A DNA stretch of 64,000 bases from Laetmonice hystrix. Its lineage: Eukaryota. Shown here piece after piece: positions 28,201-39,400 of the stretch; position 1 is the first letter of the stretch, and each line of letters opens with the position of its first letter. The notes under the pieces were generated by a model. The model was given only the letters and a program-made list of their open reading frames with translations. It did no database searches and had not been told where the DNA came from. The DNA is taken from contig OZ249436.1 of assembly GCA_965235115.1 (NCBI GenBank), positions 9,610,001-9,674,000 of the forward strand, read 5' to 3'. The position numbers were made by a program, and so were the translations under genes.

Positions 28201-29321
28201 TGGTTGCCTTTTATGGCGGTGGGTCTGGTGTATTTTGAGTTGGTACTGCTGTGTGGTTGGCGGGTTCGAACTTGTGGTTTTGCCGACACACGTTATCTGA
28301 ACAGTGCTGAGTTCACTGATCACACACTCTCACTCTCAATGTTCAAACCGTAAGTGATCAGTTCACTTATGATAAATAAGCAGACTATACTATAGGATCC
28401 AATCAAGAAGGGAGCCAGTATAGGCACCAGTATAACATTGATTCATCTAAATATTAAATAACGGGGGCAAATAATTCTAGGGATACTGGGTACCTTCATT
28501 CTTGACCCAAAACATTTATAAATAATCTCGTTCATCTCCAATGGAGATGACATAATAAATGGCCGACTCATAAAATTCTGGGCAGTATCCTCAGGACAGG
28601 ACGGCAAAGAATAACTCGGACCTAGAAGAATATTGATGACCTACATAGAATGAGGCCGGTCACACATGCTTGGCCTGGGGTGAACCAGAGTTAGCCACAG
28701 ACCATTCACGCTACTATTTAGTTTTCTGCCTTTCTTTCCATGCAAATTGAGGGAGTGAATCACCTGTGGGGAGAACACAATGAAATCTAACAGGATGGGG
28801 ACTCGCTTTCTTCCCATTTGGCAAATTTTCCAAACGGATGGTATAGGCCTATCTGTTTACTACTTTCATCTATTTATTGGGTGTGTCCTAAACTTGACCA
28901 ATGGCTAGCCCAATTACTGAGGTAATCCTACTAACTAAGATCAGGCTACATAATCCTGCAGCCTTGTCTGAAGTGCGTGGCGCTAAGGAATCTACCGGAG
29001 TTGTAAGAACATAATGTCAGTAAGAAATACAGTATTAGGGGCCAAGTTGAGATGTCCGGACACTCGGCCCACACGGCCGGCTCCCGGGCTGAGATCGGCC
29101 GGTAGACCGCTGACGGCACCGGCCGTGCATGGGTCCCAAAGTGACCGTCGAGGAAATACTTGTGACACACTTTCCGCCAAGTTTGCGCCCTATTCCCACT
29201 CAGTCCTTACCCGTTGGATGGTGATCGCACAGCCGAAATCCTTTCCTCCATACATCCGAAATCCCCATGGCGTATTCGTGTCTGACCGGTCAAGTTTGGC
29301 GGAGAGGGCTAACATCGACAT
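10174..29321 (-). CDS. Zasp: Gene A: PDZ and LIM domain protein, Zasp52/LDB3/Enigma-like (PDZ, 2 ZM motifs, AM motif, 3 LIM), 12 coding exons, ~711 aa
   Basis: Exons 29321-29211, 28140-27989, 20065-19954, 16765-16611, 16143-15665, 14990-14813, 13330-13139, 12354-12118, 11524-11338, 10946-10826, 10592-10477 and 10269-10174 all have GT-AG boundaries with matching phases and sum to 2136 nt. N-terminal PWGFRMYGGKDF PDZ and three C-terminal LIM domains. Exact orthology is not resolved. Confidence 0.92.
10477..10592 (-). CDS. Gene A exon 11 (LIM2 end / LIM3 start)
   Basis: DWQAMFQTKCYGCQFPIEPGDRWVEALNQNWHSECFNCS; ttccag acceptor, gtaagt donor; phase 1 to 0. Confidence 0.95.
10826..10946 (-). CDS. 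Gene A exon 10 (LIM2)
   Basis: DCVNALRNTYHPHCFLCVHCRQPIGSGSFHLEDGNPYCDK; cag acceptor, gtacgc donor; phase 0 to 1. Confidence 0.95.
11338..11524 (-). CDS. Gene A exon 9 (LIM1 body / LIM2 start)
   Basis: GPFVLALDKEWCPDHFTCSNPNCKVPLIDIGFVEEEGQVFCERDYATYFAPTCGKCSGKIVG; tttcag acceptor, gtaagt donor; phase 2 to 0. Confidence 0.95.
11503..11970. repeat. 52-bp minisatellite, 9 copies, built from the LIM1 exon splice acceptor
   Basis: gcctctgaaa recurs at 11521, 11573, 11625, 11677, 11729, 11781, 11833, 11885 and 11937. On the minus strand the unit is pyrimidine tract + CAG + first ~22 nt of the exon. Confidence 0.97.
12118..12354 (-). CDS. Gene A exon 8 (Pro/Ala linker and first two Cys of LIM1)
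   Basis: GPSASSAPAP...RTGGGIPICTKCGIAI; ttcttcag acceptor, gtacgc donor; phase 2 to 2. Confidence 0.9.
13139..13330 (-). CDS. Gene A exon 7 (linker with SETFSLVQQED, AM-like half motif)
   Basis: DGSDSGGGGGPRLYTPSETFSLVQQED...; tag acceptor. The donor gtacgt at 13138 was chosen because it gives the phase 2 needed by the next exon. Confidence 0.75.
14813..14990 (-). CDS. Gene A exon 6 (second ZM motif)
   Basis: RNVVHTQFNSPMGLYSNSSI matches the Zasp motif; tttcag acceptor, gtaata donor; phase 1 to 2. Confidence 0.88.
15665..16143 (-). CDS. Gene A exon 5 (Pro/Ser-rich, ends in KSKTFKMLQ AM-like motif)
   Basis: ctcttgcag acceptor, gtaagg donor; phase 2 to 1; open frame of 159 codons. Confidence 0.85.
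16611..16765 (-). CDS. Gene A exon 4 (first ZM motif)
   Basis: NYNKAARPFVPGGGGTVPVVMNKQYNTPLSMYSVDNVMDSL; tttgtag acceptor, gtaggt donor; phase 0 to 2. Confidence 0.92.
17122..17930. repeat. 51-bp intronic minisatellite, ~16 copies
   Basis: Unit acactattcgggctggagatgttcct(c/g)ctgagaactaggcactaataccga. Confidence 0.96.
18118..18405. repeat. 57-bp intronic minisatellite, ~5 copies
   Basis: Unit ctaccttgtacatggtcctagtagtcaggtagtttatacaataagccttgactttca; gives a 19-aa periodic ORF. Confidence 0.95.
19954..20065 (-). CDS. Gene A exon 3 (post-PDZ Pro-rich linker)
   Basis: GTSGASRPMAQAPAPSTYAPYQPPAEPSYQPPPSQQP; ttttgtag acceptor, gtaagg donor; phase 2 to 0. Confidence 0.85.
20056..20201. repeat. 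Direct duplication (~62 bp, 84-bp spacing) of the exon 3 acceptor region
   Basis: agaggtacctctacaaaatacaacaaaagtaatcgtcaatatctttaaacatgaaacgacca occurs at ~20056 and ~20140. Confidence 0.93.
20243..21300. repeat. 53/55-bp intronic minisatellite, ~20 copies
   Basis: Unit ttactacaaccatggagaacttcataaaactgtgcaccagcagaccggaaact; 53 and 55 alternate in 20834-21160. Confidence 0.96.
27989..28140 (-). CDS. Gene A exon 2 (PDZ C-terminal half)
   Basis: VTPGSLAAKCGVCTGDTITKIGDTPTDSLRHKEAQGMIMRAGNSLELALL; tag acceptor, gtgaga donor; 152 nt; phase 0 to 2. Confidence 0.93.
29211..29321 (-). CDS. Gene A exon 1 (start codon, PDZ N-terminal half)
   Basis: gccATG; MSMLALSAKLDRSDTNTPWGFRMYGGKDFGCAITIQR, then gtaagg; PWGFRxxGGxDF is the ALP/Enigma PDZ signature. 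Confidence 0.95.
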
Positions 29322-29879
29322 GGCGCTGCCGTCACCTGTGCAGGCAGGCGAGAGAAAACCTGACCGGCAGACGGTGCGCTTGCTCCGGTCGCCCGAAATG
29401 TGGGCCGGGCCGCTTAGTGCCACCCGTGCGCCGACCGCCCGACCGCCTGCCCTCCCGATTGAGTCACGGTTTTGCACGCGGCACGAATGTTTTCGATCCT
29501 GGTTCACTGACGCCGACCACGTGGGTGTAGGCCTACTCGCTCGCCGGGTAAACAAACAGGGCCACGTGGCACTCGCGATGACCAATGCTGTCGCTGTGCG
29601 AGTCGGTCCACCCCACAATCAGGATAGATGTATGGTTATTGGTTCGATCTTTTTGTTGGACGGATCTACTTTTATGTTCTTAATGATAGGGCCTAGACTG
29701 CACGTGGATTACGACACTGAGCTGGCCTACATGTCGTGGGAAGTTTTCTGAGTACTATTAGGCCCTATTATAGTTTGGCACCGGAGCAACACGGGGAGGA
29801 GGTCAGATCAAACTGGAGTCGTAGATCTACTGGAGAGCAGCATATTGAAACTGGCCATGCTACGACTTTATAATTTAGG

Positions 29880-29889
29880 CCAATATAGG
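29880..29889. promoter_or_regulatory. Candidate CArG box (SRF site) upstream of gene A
   Basis: CCAATATAGG matches CC(A/T)6GG, ~560 bp upstream of the ATG of a muscle-type gene. A single match could be chance. Confidence 0.3.
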
Positions 29890-30631
29890 CCCCCCCTATA
29901 GGCCTATAATAGGCCACATGTACTCCAAGGGGGAAAATATTCAACAGATTCCTGTAACAATTTGAAATTTGACAATCTTGGACCATAAAAAGCCGTGTGA
30001 AGAGCATCCCAAACCTGGGAAATACCCAAGGCAGGCATAGATCGACCGATAGATAATGTTTACAGGGCGTGGGGGCCGGAGGGACAGGGGGTATCTAACC
30101 CCATGGGCTACACAAGAAATTCTAACATAGATCTAGCTCTACCTGGGTATTTTTTAATACTTAGAAACGTTGTATACGGTTGAACACCAAGCCCAGATTT
30201 GGGGTTAAGCTGGTGCTGCCACCTGACGACCAGTAGACGTATATAGCTTCCCGCTCTTACACAGCGACCAGTTTCGCACGCAGGGCAACCCCCTTGGGCG
30301 TTCCCCACCCTGCAGCTGCATTAAGCGATTATCTGGGCACATTAACAGACCCTACGGCACTAACAGAAGGTCTCTTGGTGGTTTCTAAAGCGGAGAGGGC
30401 GGGGTTGGGTCGCTTGGTGCCGGAGATTATCTCTGCTTCCTGCGAATATAGATTTACCGGGACTCTCCCCCCCCCACACACACACACCTTCTCCTCCCAG
30501 CGACACACCATCCCCGATCTCGACCTCTATCAGATTCTACTCTGTCATATATATTTTAAACGATGAGCTACTGAAATACCCCAGTTCACATCAGGAAACA
30601 ACACATTCAAAGAATATTACAAAAAGTAAAG

Positions 30632-30637
30632 TTTATT
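30632..30637 (-). terminator. Candidate polyadenylation signal of gene B
   Basis: AATAAA on the minus strand followed by U/GU-rich tttgaatgtgttgttt, just upstream of the gene A promoter region. Other AATAAA candidates exist at ~30760 and ~31785. Confidence 0.3.
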
Positions 30638-33365
30638 TCGGGGTTTTCTTCAAGAATATCATGTCGAAACAGCACTTTATATATAAGGCACATGCACATG
30701 GTTCCGTTGTTTTCCAAAATAACATTGACACGAGTAATAAATACATCGGCACATCATTTTATTCCTGTTTCCTGTACCTGTCTCCTTCAGATAGTCTCAA
30801 TCATTATGACCTCACCTTTTGATGACTCTGAGAGTAATCACAACTTACTGTATCATCACACGGGAAATCTCTGATTTAACTGTGAAACGATGTATAAATT
30901 TCACAGAAGATATCCATCGACGGAAAGTTGATATACAGGCGTCATTACCAGTTAAAATACAGTGGGTTTACGCGACATTATACGTAACTAAGGAAATAGC
31001 TGGCAAGCCAAAAAAAGGGGTTTATATAACCGATGGCAATTAGCCCGGAGTGGGTTAAACTAAATTACAGATACAGTTAAAATATCGTAACACACACTTC
31101 CATATCACATCATGATTCACGACACATACACACTGCATGATTTCTTAAGGAAAGCAATATTCACGTATCGCGTCCCAAGTTTATGGTCATGCCGGGACAG
31201 GAAAGCCAGAGAACAGATATAATGTATACATATACTGGGACATGTAAAGGAAAACCTATAATTCCATCAAATTGCTATAACTGAACATTCTATTAGATCA
31301 TAAAACATAACGTGTGTGCACGGTTCTTGGCAATAATTATCTGACTGCATGTACAATTATATAACATCGACATGAGAATTAAACAGAGATCGAACATTTC
31401 TGGAAAGGTCATTCCATGACATTGAAAACAAATATACATAAGTAACATCATCACAACAGGCTGTGTGTGTCGAGAATATCGAGCTCAATACAAACATAGT
31501 GAGTAGCACATAAACCATCACATCATATAGCGTTATGTCCGCGGAGAATCCCTTCACCTCCGGTCCTCGGGAAAGGAATAAACACCACATATTTGGATAA
31601 CATAAACCGGCGCAAACCAACAGTGCAAACAAGCCTTATTTGATGAGAGATACATTAAACATGCAACAGGAAAATAATGTCTACAAAATGTATTACTTTC
31701 CGAAAATCTATATTGAAACAGACAACACGAAATATCTAGGATGGCTTGGGTTAAGTTCGGGAAGTAAAGCACTGTTGTCAGTTTATTAACTATGTAAATA
31801 TTATCATTATCAAGGGGGACCGTCGTTACTTGACAGGATGGCGAATTCTCACGTTGTGACAGTATAATACAATTACTGGTCTGTGAATAAGTGCGGGTAA
31901 GCACCTTACAATGCTGGGACAATCTCGCAACAAGCTAACAGGACACTACTTCTTTCTTAAAGATTTCAGTAACACCTCCTTGCCGAAAAAAATATATATT
32001 AACTTTAACGATTCTCCCCAAACTAACAGAAAGAAATGTGACAAGCTTTTCCGTTTCTAAACGGATTGGTAGGATTTACAGACATCACATTGGCTAGTAA
32101 AATCAGTCGACATGGAAGAACATAATAAGTATAGTACCAAAAAAAACATTCCTTTTTTCCAAAATGGATTTCCTCAAGTGCTCACAATGACATATGTCAG
32201 AATGAGAATGACATGCCTTGATTATCTGGAAGTGTCATCAAGAGTGCCAGGAAATACTGGTATGACAGTATAAACATACAACAAACATAACGAGTCAGAC
32301 CTATTAATCTGGTCAAATCGTAGTTTGTCAACTCCCGTCCACATAGAATGGGACTGAGATTATAACAGTAGTTTAAAGTAGCACAACAATATTTAATTTA
32401 ACAACAAAAATGCCCACGAGCACAGACATGAGTTGCCGACTTGTACACGAGTGGTGAAGTCCTACAGACGTACTTAGGATCACTAGGCTTTAGGCAGTAC
32501 ATATATTACAACTGACCCTTCACGGATATGTATATCTCTATTATAAGATACAGGTGCATAAAACATACACCCAAGGCAGTTCATTGTTTCTTTATATAAA
32601 CAACAATATAACACATGTTTTTATGTATCAGCAGTAGAAACTGGTGGTGGTTACTGCACATGATATACCGTTTACTGCACATGATATACCGTTTACTGCA
32701 CATGATATACCGTAACAGTCATAAATCTCCTTAAAGTCTTTATACTCTTCTTGATATCCACAGAAGAAGATACAGCATGATAAACGTATGCTACCAGCAT
32801 GACAAGCCTGACGTGATATCAACATCATTATGTGTAGCAGAAGAAGAGATTTCAACATCGAAGCCGTCCACTCTAATACTGACTTGAGTAGCTTTCTTCT
32901 TCTGAGGTGGATCCGCTACATTTTGACCGGCTAAGCACACAGAAAGCAAATGGTTGGCAGATCCTTTATGATCAGAACGTCTACACAGATGTACCCGCGG
33001 TGGCGGGTTTCGTCAGGTAAACTGTTCAACGTAAAGTCTCTGCCAGCCTATCCATACGTCGAAACAGTCCACCTTCTTTACATGATGAAAGATCAGTTTC
33101 TATCTTTCTCCTTTCTACTCCTTTACAAACTTGTCCCGTTATCCGACGTGATGGACATGCTGCAGCTGGCCATGATCACTGCTTCCAAGGTTCTGAAACA
33201 GGGCATCACAACGTTACAGATCAATCAACGTTACAAATCAATTCAAAGACAATCAACTTGTATCTGATTGTAAATATATAGACCGAAATAGAAATTAAAA
33301 GAGGAAGAAACAAATCTCTTACTTTGGCAGTGTGTTACACAGATAGTAGCAGTGCCATTATTGAG

Positions 33366-33447
33366 TTAGAGGTCAGAGGTCGCGGCACGATACCGGTCCT
33401 CCTCTAGTGCTGCCCTCTGGGCGCCCGAGACGATATCAGGGTGTTTG
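33366..33447 (-). CDS. Gene B terminal exon ending ...RAATSDL*
   Basis: actttcag acceptor, phase 2 entry; KHPDIVSGAQRAALEEDRYRAATSDL TAA. Confidence 0.75.
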
Positions 33448-36400
33448 CTGAAAGTATCAGGGTCATGTAAGTGAAACAGGAGGATCACGTTTGGCCTGGA
33501 CCGTGGCAGCCATGGCACGAAAAGGTTTTTTTTTTTACCTAAAAACCTTACAAATCGCATGGAAGTGCGCATGTACTTAACATTGCTATGGAAAGAGATT
33601 TTAAAACCCAATTTACTAACATGATCAAATGTCGCCATGCACACATACGTATTTGTAGGCCTACTTATGTGGAGAGAGTCCCTCGGTTGAGCTATTCTAT
33701 TCACTAATTTGGGAAATATGACAAGAAAAACAAAATAATTACACGAGAAGCAACATCAAACAAGGATGTTTCTTTGTGCTGAAGACGTGGCGCCTTACCT
33801 TTCAATTTCATCCAGTTGGCGATCGGCTTGGCTTTGGAAGGTTTCTACAACGTTTTGGGCGGAGTACATTCCGAGCGGGGTGTTGTACTGCTGGGGCATG
33901 AAGACCTTGACCCTGGGGGAGCTTTGCCTGGCCATGGCCGCCTCCTGCTTCCTCTGCTCCTGGTAGGCGGACCGGGGCGGCGGCAGGCCGCTCGAACCTG
34001 CTGGAGGCTCTGCAGGGGGGCACCACAACCAACATCAGTTACTTCATTCTCGTACTTATACCTACATACCACACAACAAGGGCTGTCAGGCCCTATTTGT
34101 CAAGGAATCTCACTCTAAATAAATAAAAAGAATCTGCTGATTCTACAAATATTACTGCATTACTGGTAACGTGCACTTTAATAATTTGACACGAGAGATT
34201 GGATTTCAATTTATGTTGATTTTGGAAGCTTTAGTAATTCTTTGAGCATTATTCGAGAATTTGCCTGGTTAACTTCATAGATCAATCATTTCACTGCCAA
34301 ATTGCCAAATAACTTTGAGAACCGAGTTATTAGGTCTAGTATTCACAACGCCCATATGAAGAACGTACATTGAAGCCCTTTTCATCAAATTTAACAACGC
34401 TATTTCCGGGACAATTATAAAGTTCTCACAAAGTTCCTTAAACTTAATCATTTGCAGCAATTATTAGGAAAATAATTATTGCAATGTCACGATAAACATC
34501 TTAACTTCTATGGGTACACTAGACCAAAAATAAATATGCACACACCACGACTACGATCTACTCTACTTGGGGGAGGCGGATACACACATTAAAGCTACAC
34601 TGGTATGACAGACTTTTCTACTATATCGCTACGAGTGTGGTTTTCAACCTGTGGTTCTTGAACTCACTTCCAAGGGAAATTTCATGTTTTCTAAGAGGAA
34701 CTGAACAGTCACCCGCTTTGTGCAATTATGCCTACCTCTTTTGAAAGGGATGATTTGCAAATAATTATCACCCAAAGTTGAAGCTGAACTCATAGAATAA
34801 TTTGAGGAAAGGAAAACGGCTGGGAACCACTCTTCAAGGGAAAGAAGCAGGCGGTGTTGTGTTAGACAATATCTCTCTTACCTATAGATACACATGTAGT
34901 TTATTGTAGTTAATCAACAATACACTGGGCTAGGTATAGGCTAGTTAGTCAGATCTAATCCACAGTCAATTCTACCGTTCGCTCCTGACTCGGGAGCGAA
35001 GCGAAGAGCCGACCCTGGGTTAGATCTGTCTAACTAGTATAGGCCGGCTTGTGTAGCTTTAACACTGTGTATCTGCGTGATTATGTTATTCAACCAAGAC
35101 TGCTGGCAAACGACAACAAACATGTTCACGCGCTGACTGATAACAAAGTTATACAAATCAAATTAACCTAAGCAGTTTCTTCTCCGAGTTTCTGCGATTA
35201 TCTTGGCATTAATTTTATAACTTTCTATGAATTAACAAAAATACGCAGCGCGTCTCTCCCTTCGGTACTACTTGATTCGGCATGAGTCGACGCAAATCTG
35301 CAAGATCAGAATTTGTTATTACGAATAGTTGGGATAGAGAATATCTCTTTCTTGAATAAACAACATGTCAAAAATGGCAGCTCTCTGCAATAAAATCACA
35401 AATAGTTACAATAATTCGTAAAACTCTAAATAGAGTTTGTGGTCAGTTTCAAACAAGCCTGCCGAGAAGACTCTTGATACTATAGCTGCGAGCTGAGACA
35501 TACTCAAACATCTTTATTAAAAGTTCTGAGTGTCGGTATCAAAGTCCCCTTCCCTCTGAAAGAATAGTAATTTTTACCCTTCATAAAATCATTGACTGAT
35601 CAAACATGACCCCTGTTAACTCCACTCTCGGCTACACTAGTCTTGCCCCCGCAACAGTCAAAGAAGGGCACTTCTGATCTTTTGACGGAAGGAGTTGTGC
35701 ACCTGCTGTATACCTTCTGTGAGAGTAGTGGTCAATGACATCATCAATGTATACAAATAGCGTCGTGCTGATCTCTGACCAGCTGACGAGTCGTCCGTCT
35801 GCACCTAGACAGTGTACTGTGTGAGGGTGACAGGGAGCAGAACATTACCTGGCTCGTTCTCCACCATGCTAGAAAGAACATTGAAGGTTCTGGACTGCAC
35901 TGGACCACGTTGTTCCTCCTCCTTGAGCAAGTCGGCATACTTGTGGTACAGAGCCGACTCTTTGGGTTCCATCTTGGCGGGTTCCTGGGGAGGCTGATCT
36001 GTAATAGGTGGCGGGGGCGGAAGGTTAGGGGCACTCGGCGGCTCGGGCCAGTCTGCAGCTTCCGTATCGGGCGGGAAGTGGGCGGGCGGGGGAGGCGCAG
36101 GGAACTCGGAGGGCATGTACTCGGCCAGCTCCTCGGACGATTCCGACGGCGGTGGGGGCGGGAAGTCATCGGACATGGCGTCCGGTGACCGAGGCTCCCT
36201 CACCGGGGCTCGGTAAGGCTGGAACCCTGAGTTTGTGGACGCTAGGGGAACGCTAGGGGTCTCTCCCTTGGGGCTGACCTTGGTGGTCTCACGGGCAGAA
36301 ACATTGATGGTCGATTTCTTGTTGGCAGATTCATGGACCTGAAATTTGGCTGGTATCCTCAGTCCTTTCCTGGGAGGGTCTGATGAGGAGGGGGAGTCAG

Positions 36401-39400
36401 ATTTGGTAAATTGTCCCGGAATTTTAATTTTTCCTGGTTCTTTAGGTTTGACTTCTTCCTTGTCGCTATCTGAGTTTGTGAATTTTGACGAAATCTTTAT
36501 GGTTGCTCTAGGAGCTTGGTTTATGGTAACCTGGTTTGGTGCAGTGGTGGACGTTTGGAATGTGGAATGCACAACTGAAGCTTTTGCCTGTTTTGCATCA
36601 TTCTCTATTGTGGATGGACTGCCGTGGAACTTGGCTGGAATGTGTACTGTTGGTCTGGGTGGCTCGTTCAATGTTACCGTCATGGGAGCGTTAACTGAAG
36701 GGTCGGACTTTAATGTAGGAGTGACTCTATCTGCAGGTGGTTCTCTTTCACTGGACAAACTTTGGGATTCATTTTCTTTAAACTTGGCAGGAATCGTAAT
36801 GGTTGGCATTAATCCTTCATTTAGGGCGACTGTCTCGGGAGGTTTGGACAGGCTTACTTCTGTAGTTCGCGCTCTTGAAACCACATCGTCATTAGATACC
36901 TTGGGAGCTATGTGCAATGTGGCTCTTGGTGCCTCATTCAGGGTGGCTGTGGTGGAATACGTGGACGGTAGGCTGGGCTCAGTCTTGGCGGGAATATGGA
37001 TGGACGCTCTGGGTGGTGCAGATATAGTATCTGAGGAGGTTTCAGTTTGTAAGACTTTCCCTGAGTGTGTCCCTGCTATGTGACCATTGGATGGCTTGAC
37101 GTGTTGGGACATGGGGCTGATGTTGATGGTTGCTCTTGGGGCCTCGCTCACTACGTGCGTTGTGTGCGACGTTTGCGCAGTGTGGATATTTGATGGCCAC
37201 TCAATTTTGGCTTGTGGTGATTTGTTAACAATACGGGGTGCAGGGTCTGTCTGAGTTTGGGGTGCCTGAAACTTGGCTGTCAGCTCAACCACAGATCTAG
37301 CGGGCTGGGAATTTGTACCCGTGTGGCCATTGTCAATAGCGGCGAAGGTGTCGCTTGGTTTGTATAGCGGGGACGGGTCGACCATGCCTTGGGATGGATC
37401 ACCTACAGTAACGTCCAGGTTCATGGTCGGGGCCTCGGAACCGTTTCTATAGGACACGTCATTGGTGATCTGAATGGTGGGACGGTTCTTTCCAACCACC
37501 ACGGTAGACATGTACCTACTCGGAGTACCGTCTGACCCAGGCGGGGTGGGACTCGCTGACTCCCGAATGACGGCGCTGGCGGGAGAAGGGTTGGGGGGCA
37601 TAGTGACAGAAGGTTTGGGGGTCATACTGACAGGTTTGGGGGTCATAGTGACAGAAGCTTTGGGGGTCATAGTGACAGAAGGTTTGGGGGTCATACTGAC
37701 AGAGGTGATGGGTGGCGGAGCCGGTGTCCTGTCCAATAAGGACCCTGAGCCTGTGGAGCTGCTGGTTAGAACCGGGGGCGTGTACGGTTTGGGAATGGGT
37801 CTGTACAGGGACTGCTTTGGCGTAACACCGGTGGAGAATCTCCTTTCTGGTTCAGTTAGTAGTTTGGGCTGGACACCTGTGGAGTGTCGGCGTGCTTCAT
37901 CATCAGGTGTGATGGCACTTAGAACGGGTGAGGACCGTTCCTGCTGCTGTGGTGTTAGGACTTTGGGAGGACAGGTGGCTGTGGTGGGTGGAGGGGGTAC
38001 GGGGTCCTCAATGACTCGGCCCACTACGGGTTTACTGGTCTTGGAGGGCGGGTGGTTAGGTCGGCCATACAGTTTCTCCTCTTCATCCATCTGTTTGACA
38101 AGCCGCATGGTTTCAGATGCTATGTATGGTTTAGGGCCGGAGGGACTGCTGTGAAAAAGCACACAAACAAACCACAAATATAACTCATGCATGTTAATAA
38201 AACTCTCCAAACGTGAGAAGTCCATGTATGTAATATGAGAATCAGAAATCTTTAAATTTTACAAACGGGCATTAATTTATAGGACCTTCATGATCTCAGA
38301 TCTTGATAAAAGGAGAGTTTGTTTTGTTACAGCTTCGATCTAAGGTTACCGAATAAAACTCTGGGTTTTTAAAAAACAGGAATTGCACAATTCCTGATTA
38401 TTTGAAAGTCTAGGACATGTATGACGTCACGGGTGTCTTTTTCTGAACGCTAATTTGGAGGCTATGACCTTCAAAGTTAAGGGACTGCGTAGGCGACTGT
38501 TGTCATATAAAAATCAATGCATGGACTTCAGTAAATGTTATCACCAACTATCAAACTAGGGTAAATAAGTCACTCTGTATGGCAGACTCCACAGTTTTCC
38601 ATTGACTCACACATTTCAGGGATGAAAGTGAAGGGTGCCAGTTTTCGTTTGACGATAAAGAGATGGGCTGGCCCTGTGGCTACAACCAGTAATACCATCT
38701 CATAGGAACTGCACGCATCGGAAACGGCAGGGTAGAATTCTGGGATGGCATTAAGTCCCAAATTTGATCAAAAGTTTTCAAAAGCTAGGCATTTGTCTTG
38801 TACCACTATGCACCTAGCACTTTAATTTCTGAAACATGACGTCAATGTGTCAAAATCTTTTAAAAATTATAAAATTATACGTTTTTTTAAATGCTCGTTC
38901 TTCATGCAGGGTGTCACTCCCACACGACCAAAGATGACACACTTGCTGTACTTGCCTTTACTTCATTCTCCGATACGATAAGATACGATACGAGTCGTTT
39001 CCTTCCGTTTTCTGCCTTTCATCGATCCCTGTATTTGAACAAGGATCGCTTTATTCAAGAAACCAAACGTTACAAAATCTCTTACCTGGTCTCTTCCGGT
39101 TTTTGTGCCTCGGGGATGGAGAGTGCCTCCATCTTGTCTCCTACTGTGTCCATGGTAACGTCATGCGAGTAGAGGCCTATGGGACTGTTGAACTGTCTGT
39201 TAGCTATAACCCTGGGGTTGCTGCCTGGGCCCTGGGCTGGCACGTACACTGACGGAGCAGAGGGAGTGACTGGTTGGGGTTTGCGAGCTAACATGACGGG
39301 CGGTGGGGGTTCTCCTGTTAACAACAGCAAGCATGCACATGCATTTTATAAACAATCAACTCCAACAACAGAAACACCAACAATAACGTAACGCAAAGAC

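Noticed and set aside
29014-29751. 245-aa plus-strand ORF antisense to gene A exon 1
   Set aside because: GC-rich promoter/5' UTR sequence depleted of stops, with no domain.
36346-38154. Plus-strand ORFs of 245 and 226 aa
   Set aside because: Antisense shadows of the low-complexity giant exon.
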